Shown piece after piece: positions 58,267 to 64,000 of a stretch of DNA of 64,000 nucleotides. A program made the position numbers and the translations under genes. Source of the DNA: an uncultured archaeon (lineage in GTDB: Archaea > Micrarchaeota > Micrarchaeia > Micrarchaeales > CABMGC01); contig CAWBCT010000005.1 in the NCBI GenBank assembly GCA_963787445.1, forward strand, positions 595,143 to 659,142, in the 5' to 3' direction. The notes below the pieces were generated by a model, which saw only the letters and a program-made list of their open reading frames with translations, was not told where the DNA came from and searched no databases. How positions within the stretch are numbered: position 1 is the stretch's first letter; the number at the start of each line of letters is the position of its first letter.

Positions 58267-59742
58267 TCACAACATCTTCGCTGACCTGAGCCAGCCCACG
58301 CTCGGGTTGTAGAGCTCGGTCAGGCTGCCCACACTCCCATCGGCGAGCAGGATCCTCTCAAGGCCGGGCCCCCAGGCGAGCACGCTGAGCTTCTTACGCG
58401 AGACTCCGGTCACCTCGCTGCGTATTATCCCGCACCCGCCCATCTCTATCCACTTGTCCGAGCCCTTCGGCTTTGCGAACATCTCCGCGCCGGGCTCGAC
58501 GAACGGGAAGTAGGCCGGCTTGAACCTGAGCTTGATGTCGAGCTTGTCGTAAAGCTCGATCAGCGTGCTGAACAGGTTTGCAAGGGTGAGGTCCTTCCCG
58601 ATTATTATCCCATCATGCTGGTAGAAGTCCGCCAGGTGCTTGTAGTCTATGTTCTCGTTCCTGAACACCCTCCCTATGGCGAACCTCTTTATCGGCGCGC
58701 CATTGTAGGATCCCCCTTCCTTGAGCATCGCCTTGACGAAAGTGCTTATGTATCTTGCAGAGATGCTTGTGGTGTGCGTCCTCAGGAGCGCGTTCTCGGC
58801 CACGCCGAGCTTCCACGGCTCCTTCCACGACTTCTTGTGCGCCCTTTTTATCACATCAACGTAATCCTCGTCCCCAACCTCGAGTGTTGTTGGGTTTGAA
58901 AGGTAGAAGGTGTCCTGTGCGTCCCGCGCAGGGTGGTCCTGCGGGACAAACAGCGAGTCGAAGACCCAGAACGAGGGCTCAACCACGGGCCCGGAGATCT
59001 CCGTGAACCCCATCGAAGTGTAAATACCCCTCATCTTCCGCATCAGCTGCCTCAGCGGGTGCCTCATCGCCATCGGTTCCTTCTCCACATTCAGCGTGAC
59101 ATTGTACGGCTTGAAGCCATCCTTCTCCCAAAGCCTTGAGGTTATCACCTCCCTTGTTACAGCATCTATGGTGCCGCCCGCGCTACTAATTTCTGCCTTC
59201 AATCCCTTCTCGGTCACCGATACACTTAGTATTCTCGTGCGCGCCTTCACTTCTATAAGCCTCCTCTTCTCCAGTGCCTCGAGTGCGTTCCTGTCGCTCT
59301 TCAGGAAGTCCTCGTAGCTTGCGGGATCCTGGGAAAGCGCCGTGAGCACGCTGCCTTCCACGGTCGGCATCGCCTGCTTCTTCCCTTTCTCGGTTATGGT
59401 AAGAACCCCCTTCTCGATTGCGGCAAAGCCCTTCTTGATGCACCACTGCATCCCTATCTGCTCCTCCTTCGAGAGTTCAGCCGGCTTCAGGCCGCGCTTG
59501 TGCAGTTCTGTCAGAAGCTGTTCCTCCGGAAGCATCGAGCCTGCGTACTTCTTCCCTTCGGAAGTCACCTTGACATCATGCTCCTGCTGCTTCTTCACGC
59601 TTATCAGAGAGTCCTTGGAGAGATTCTCTATCGCCCAGAGAGTCTCGTCCTTTCCGATCCCGAGCTGCCTTATGGCCTCCTCTAGGGCAATCTCCTTCTT
59701 CGCCTTGAGGATCTCCAGCAGTGCAGCCTCGTACTTATGCAT
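58267..59742 (-). CDS. pheS: Phenylalanyl-tRNA synthetase alpha subunit
   Basis: PQDHPARDAQDTF, LRTHTT, FRNE, YFPFVEP and WGPGLERI. Confidence 0.95.
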   Translation of the reverse strand: MHKYEAALLEILKAKKEIALEEAIRQLGIGKDETLWAIENLSKDSLISVKKQQEHDVKVTSEGKKYAGSMLPEEQLLTELHKRGLKPAELSKEEQIGMQWCIKKGFAAIEKGVLTITEKGKKQAMPTVEGSVLTALSQDPASYEDFLKSDRNALEALEKRRLIEVKARTRILSVSVTEKGLKAEISSAGGTIDAVTREVITSRLWEKDGFKPYNVTLNVEKEPMAMRHPLRQLMRKMRGIYTSMGFTEISGPVVEPSFWVFDSLFVPQDHPARDAQDTFYLSNPTTLEVGDEDYVDVIKRAHKKSWKEPWKLGVAENALLRTHTTSISARYISTFVKAMLKEGGSYNGAPIKRFAIGRVFRNENIDYKHLADFYQHDGIIIGKDLTLANLFSTLIELYDKLDIKLRFKPAYFPFVEPGAEMFAKPKGSDKWIEMGGCGIIRSEVTGVSRKKLSVLAWGPGLERILLADGSVGSLTELYNPSVGWLRSAKML

Positions 59743-59810
59743 GAAAACAGTATATACGTAATCGGTTAATATTATAAGATATACCTTCAAGATTATCGCG
59801 TGGAGAGCAG

Positions 59811-60704
59811 ATGATAAGGGACTATGTTCAGGAAGTGTTCGAGCCCACGCTCCTGTACGGGGTGCTTGCGGGCGCAGTCGGGATACTGGCTGCCCACCAC
59901 TTCGCGCCGTCCGGACTTACTTTGTGGTACGGAATCATTGCGATAATCGGCGTTGTGCTCTCTCAAATCGCAGTGAACCTCATCGATGACTACTTTGACT
60001 TCAGGACCGGCCTTGACAAGGCGACGAACAAGTCAAAGTTTGGGGGAGGCAAACTCACGAAGGATACGGTGAACCCGACCGTTGTCCTGACGGTCGCCAT
60101 CATCTCCCTGCTGGTCGGCCTTTCGATAGGTGCATTTCTTTTGTACGCTGTTGGAACAATAATACTTGTGCCGATGATATTCGGCCTCATAACTGTTGTT
60201 TTTTACCCGCGTTTCCTGACACACATCCCATTTTTGGCTGAGCCGCTGTGCGCCGCGAGCTTTGCGATAGTTGCCCTGGCCACCTTTGTCGTTGTGCTTG
60301 GTGCCGGGCACGCCCTTCCCTTGCTTTGGACCGCCTCCCTGGTTTTCGTGCCCGCAGGGTTGCAGGCGGGCGCCGCGCTTACCATAAATGAGATGCCGGA
60401 CCGGATTCCGGACAGGAAGTTCGGGAGAAGAAGCGGAGTCGTGATGGTCGGGACAAATGTCGGAGTGACCCTCATGTATCTCCTAATCTACATCCTATCC
60501 TACGGGCTGCTGCTCTACGGTGTAGTCTCGAACGCCCTGCCAACCTCGTTCCTCCTCATGTTTGTGATGCTCCTACCGAACTATCTCATCCTGAAAGGCA
60601 TTCTCGGCTACAAGGATGCAGGAAAGCACAGGAAAACAATCGCCCTCAGCGCACTCACAACCCTGGTTTACATGCTGCTTCTTGCGTTGCTTTTCCTGGC
60701 CTAG
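59811..60704 (+). CDS. UbiA/MenA-family prenyltransferase
   Basis: NLIDDYFDFRTGLD and NEMPDRIPDRKFGRRS. Confidence 0.85.
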   Translation: MIRDYVQEVFEPTLLYGVLAGAVGILAAHHFAPSGLTLWYGIIAIIGVVLSQIAVNLIDDYFDFRTGLDKATNKSKFGGGKLTKDTVNPTVVLTVAIISLLVGLSIGAFLLYAVGTIILVPMIFGLITVVFYPRFLTHIPFLAEPLCAASFAIVALATFVVVLGAGHALPLLWTASLVFVPAGLQAGAALTINEMPDRIPDRKFGRRSGVVMVGTNVGVTLMYLLIYILSYGLLLYGVVSNALPTSFLLMFVMLLPNYLILKGILGYKDAGKHRKTIALSALTTLVYMLLLALLFLA

Positions 60705-60773
60705 GAAACAGAAGCCAATAGATATTAAATGGGTCTCTTCCAGATAATAGTGAATCATCCGTCAGTGCATTCC

Positions 60774-61661
60774 ATGATTAAAAAATACCTGCAGGAGATG
60801 TTTGAGCCGACTGTGAACTTCGGCTTCTTCGGGACTCTCGCCGGGGTGACTGCCGCATTCTACTTCGGACAAGGTCAGGCAAACGTGCTTCTGGGCATGC
60901 TCGCCTGCCTGGGTGTGGTATTCGCTCAGGGCGCAGTCAACCTGATAGACGATTATTGCGACTTCAAGAGCGGACTGGACCAGGAGGCCGAGAAGACGCC
61001 GTTCAGCGGCGGCGGCTCAAAGGTCCTAAGGCCCAACACGGTACTCCTGCTCGGCACCTCCATGCTAATCGTCGCGCTCCTGATTGGGGCGTACATCCTC
61101 TCCGTGACCGGCGGACCCGTTCTCGCGCTAATGGTGTTCGGCGCGCTTGCGGTGGTGCTCTACGCGAAGTATCTGACCTATATCCCGTTCGCTGCCGAGA
61201 CCGTCTGCGCGGCGAGCTTCATTCTTGCCGGAGTCGGCGGGTTTTATGTCTCGGCAACCCACCTAGTTTTCTCCCTTTATCTCCTTCCCGCAGCTCTTGT
61301 TTTCATCGCTGCAGGGATACAAGGGGGTGTTGTGCTCACGGTCAACGAGATACCCGACCGGGAGATCGACCGGAAGTTCGGGAGGAAGAGCGGCATAGTC
61401 CTGCTGGGGACCAACCAGGGCGCAGCCTCGATCTACGCCGCATTTTACCTGGTTGCCTATGGCGCAATAATCTGCGGAGTGGCCTTCGCGGGCCTGCCTA
61501 TCTGGTTCCTTCTCATCCTGGTCATGCTTCTGCCGAACTACCGCATACTAAAGGGAATACTCGCCTACACCAGCCCGAAGAAGTTCATTGACACGATGGC
61601 GCTGGACGTCTTCACCACGCTCGGCTTCATGGCGCTGCTCTGTCTTCTATTCGCAATTTGA
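60774..61661 (+). CDS. UbiA/MenA-family prenyltransferase (tandem paralog)
   Basis: NLIDDYCDFKSGLD and NEIPDREIDRKFGRKS. Confidence 0.85.
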   Translation: MIKKYLQEMFEPTVNFGFFGTLAGVTAAFYFGQGQANVLLGMLACLGVVFAQGAVNLIDDYCDFKSGLDQEAEKTPFSGGGSKVLRPNTVLLLGTSMLIVALLIGAYILSVTGGPVLALMVFGALAVVLYAKYLTYIPFAAETVCAASFILAGVGGFYVSATHLVFSLYLLPAALVFIAAGIQGGVVLTVNEIPDREIDRKFGRKSGIVLLGTNQGAASIYAAFYLVAYGAIICGVAFAGLPIWFLLILVMLLPNYRILKGILAYTSPKKFIDTMALDVFTTLGFMALLCLLFAI

Positions 61662-61668
61662 GGATTTC

Positions 61669-62568
61669 ATGGAACACACACCCCCCTTCTCGCTTCCCGC
61701 CGAGGTCCTGCGCAACGTCCAGCTCACGACCCGGGCGCTCCGTTCATTCAAGGACTCGGAATTCATAGTTCCCGAGCTGCGCCTGCCCTCAACCTACCTG
61801 CTCAAAAAACCCGGAAAGCTCCTGCGTCCCGCGCTCGTATTCCTCGGTGCCCAGTATTCGGGCCTGGGGAGCACGGAGAGGTTCGTTGACCTGGCCATGG
61901 CCATAGAACTTCTTCACATCTCCTCGCTCATAAACGATGACATGATAGACCAGGATCTGATGAGGCGCGGGGTGAAGTCCGTCCACCTGAAGTTCGGGAG
62001 GGAGAGGGCGATTATAGCGGCAAACGCCCTGATAGCAAAGTCCATCGAGAAGTCCTCCGGCTACGGCCCGGCGGCGATAACCGCGACCTCCAACGCCGCG
62101 ATGGAGATGTGCGCTGGAGAGGCGCTTGACTACAAGTACCAGAAACTCCGCTCGGTGCCCAGCGTCCGGGAGTGCATACGGATTGCGGAACTGAAGAGCG
62201 CCTCGCTGATAAGCGCGGCCGCAAGCGTCTCCTCCCACTCCGCCGGTCTGCCCACCAGCGGCGAGCTGGCCTCCTTCGGAAGGCTGTTCGGGATCGGTTT
62301 CCAGATACGCGACGACGTGTTTGACTTCCTGGAATCCGGCTCCCAAAAGAAAAACGCCTCCAGGGAGCTCGAGGCCTTCAGGCCCAACATCGTCCGCTCC
62401 ATAATGCAGTCCCAGCAGGATCCCGCAAGGGCGCTTCAGATAGCCGTGAACCTGAACAACAAGTACCTGGCGATGGCGCTCTCACAGCTGAAGGTTGAGG
62501 AGAGGGCGGGCTCCTTTTCAGAATACGCAAAGCTCGTGCAGTTGGATTACAAGGAGCTTCCCCAATAG
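61669..62568 (+). CDS. Polyprenyl diphosphate synthase
   Basis: GKLLRP, DDMID...RRG and FQIRDDVFD. Confidence 0.88.
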   Translation: MEHTPPFSLPAEVLRNVQLTTRALRSFKDSEFIVPELRLPSTYLLKKPGKLLRPALVFLGAQYSGLGSTERFVDLAMAIELLHISSLINDDMIDQDLMRRGVKSVHLKFGRERAIIAANALIAKSIEKSSGYGPAAITATSNAAMEMCAGEALDYKYQKLRSVPSVRECIRIAELKSASLISAAASVSSHSAGLPTSGELASFGRLFGIGFQIRDDVFDFLESGSQKKNASRELEAFRPNIVRSIMQSQQDPARALQIAVNLNNKYLAMALSQLKVEERAGSFSEYAKLVQLDYKELPQ

Positions 62569-62569
62569 C

Positions 62570-63274
62570 CTACTCCCGGTGGCCGTAAACCATGTAGGCG
62601 ATTCCGGAGGTGAGCCCCTCGATCTTCACCTCCTTGAACCCGGTCTCCTTTAGTATCTCAACAAGTTTTTTCTTGTCGAATTTCTTTATGGTCTCCACAA
62701 GCCACTTGTAGGTCTTGTTGTCCACGAAGGCGCCGGCGACCCGCATGAACACCGAATAGAACGAGAAGAAAGCCCTCTGCGCGCCGCCGTCCGGCATCGC
62801 CATGTCCAGCAGGACGAAGCTGCCCCCTGGCTTGAGCACCCTCTTTATCTCACTGGCGAGCTTGTTGAGGTCGTCCACGCTCCTGAGCGCAAACCCCGAG
62901 ACGACCGCATCGAAGGTCCCGTCTTCGTAGGGGATGGCGAGCGCATCGCCGTAGGTGAACTCTATGTCGCATCCAGACTCCTTCTCAGCCTTTCGCCTTC
63001 CCACTTCAAGCATCTCCCTGTTGAAGTCTATCCCTACTATGTGCGGCTTGCTCCCTTTTCTTGCCCACTTTGCAACGGCAAACGAGAGATCCCCGGTGCC
63101 GATTGCTATGTCCAGGATTCTCGCATCGTCCTCGCGGACCAGCTCCCACAGCTTCGCCGCCGCATTCTGCCTCCAGGCCCAATCCACCCCGAAGCTGAGC
63201 AGATGGTTCATCCTGTCGTAGTTGCCGGCTATGCCAGAGAACATGCTATTTATGCCATCGCTGCGCTCGCTCAT
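62570..63274 (-). CDS. menG: UbiE/MenG-family quinone methyltransferase
   Basis: MFSGIAGNYDRMNHLLSFG, LDIAIGTGD and RVLKPGG. Confidence 0.82.
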   Translation of the reverse strand: MSERSDGINSMFSGIAGNYDRMNHLLSFGVDWAWRQNAAAKLWELVREDDARILDIAIGTGDLSFAVAKWARKGSKPHIVGIDFNREMLEVGRRKAEKESGCDIEFTYGDALAIPYEDGTFDAVVSGFALRSVDDLNKLASEIKRVLKPGGSFVLLDMAMPDGGAQRAFFSFYSVFMRVAGAFVDNKTYKWLVETIKKFDKKKLVEILKETGFKEVKIEGLTSGIAYMVYGHRE

Positions 63275-63822
63275 GGGCTCCCCAGATATCTATTCCCCTT
63301 AAGCTCATCGATCAGCTCTATGCTCTTGCCCTTCTGCACCCTTCCGCTGACTATTTTTAATGAAGAGTCCAGAAGCTGCTTTCTGGTCCCGATCAGCTCA
63401 AAGACCTTTGAATAGTTTTCCGATGCCTTGATGCCGCAGTAGTCAAGCCCCTCCGATATGATGTTGTCCAGGAGCTTGCTCTCTTTGTACCTCCTCCCCG
63501 CAAGCCGCTTCTCGAGCTCTTTCAGGTGCGACCTTAGAACGATCACTGTTGCATCCCTTATCTTTATCTCGCAGAGAAGATGACCTTCAAGTATCACTGT
63601 CCGGGCCTTTCCTTCTTTTATCTTTTCCTGCAAAGACTTTGATAGTCTTGCCACATTAACGAGCCTGGCGCCGTCCTTCGCATAGCCCCCGAAGAGCTTC
63701 TCCTTTTTGACAAGCTCGTTGACCTCAATCAGCTCCGAGCCCTTTAGCCTCCTCTTCAGGCTTCTCGCAAGCGTCGTCTTTCCCGTCCCGGGCGTGCCCG
63801 TTATGACTATTATGCTTCGCAT
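63271..63822 (-). CDS. Adenylate kinase, AK6/Fap7 type
   Basis: ITGTPGTGKTT, EGHL and RL..R.Y...K..DN. Confidence 0.85.
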   Translation of the reverse strand: MRSIIVITGTPGTGKTTLARSLKRRLKGSELIEVNELVKKEKLFGGYAKDGARLVNVARLSKSLQEKIKEGKARTVILEGHLLCEIKIRDATVIVLRSHLKELEKRLAGRRYKESKLLDNIISEGLDYCGIKASENYSKVFELIGTRKQLLDSSLKIVSGRVQKGKSIELIDELKGNRYLGSP

Positions 63823-63835
63823 AAACTCAGGAGAG

Positions 63836-64000
63836 TTAAGTTGGGCCAAACCTTGCGGCCGCGTCGTCGAGCATCCCGTCTATCAGCGCCCTGCTGCGCT
63901 CTATGTCCATGGCCGGGCTGTCGGGCTGCTGCATGGTGAGCAGGTAGGGCTTGCTGCCCGAGAAGAGCCACGAGCCTAGCATGTGGTCTCCGAAGTTCTC
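63836..64000 (-). CDS. 3' end of an unidentified gene running off the window
   Basis: Open frame ENFGDHMLG...AARFGPT* ending at 63836. Confidence 0.5.
   Translation of the reverse strand, partial: ENFGDHMLGSWLFSGSKPYLLTMQQPDSPAMDIERSRALIDGMLDDAAARFGPT

Noticed and set aside
1-64000. CRISPR array, rRNA, integrase or intact transposase
   Set aside because: No regularly spaced repeats, rRNA-like sequence, or tyrosine-recombinase/DDE motifs were seen

Overview
Archaeal genomic window. The housekeeping set (RPA, GatCAB with AspRS, Rad50, aRF1, histone, aIF5A, L10e, S24e, S27ae, RFC-L, class III pilins, intron-containing tRNA-Trp) resembles a DPANN lineage such as Micrarchaeota; that taxon is my inference. 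Core genes are interleaved with accessory blocks. (1) 16.6-21.1 kb: an operon of three class Ic aminoacyl-tRNA-synthetase-derived proteins (a TrpRS with degenerate KMSKS, a TyrRS-like protein lacking HIGH but carrying a CDPS-like YxxxE motif, and an intact TrpRS-like protein) plus a eukaryote (Aro7)-type chorismate mutase, divergent from an amino-acid racemase. This is the best candidate for an undescribed tRNA-dependent biosynthetic or sensing system. (2) 21.8-26.0 kb: an AT-rich island joining a class I terpene-synthase-like enzyme with three V4R proteins and a KaiC-like ATPase, a candidate small-molecule signalling module. (3) 26.0-29.0 kb: a double-Lrp regulator with a perfect 30-bp palindrome upstream, facing a GRDP-like protein with a Cys/Gly tail and an HExxH protein. 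(4) A decaying islet at the tRNA-Trp 3' end, with an att-like repeat and two disrupted genes. Also present: a suf operon, two TA pairs, a pilin trio, an M23 peptidase and a prenylquinone tailoring cluster. All family calls come from motif recognition by eye; no database search was run.
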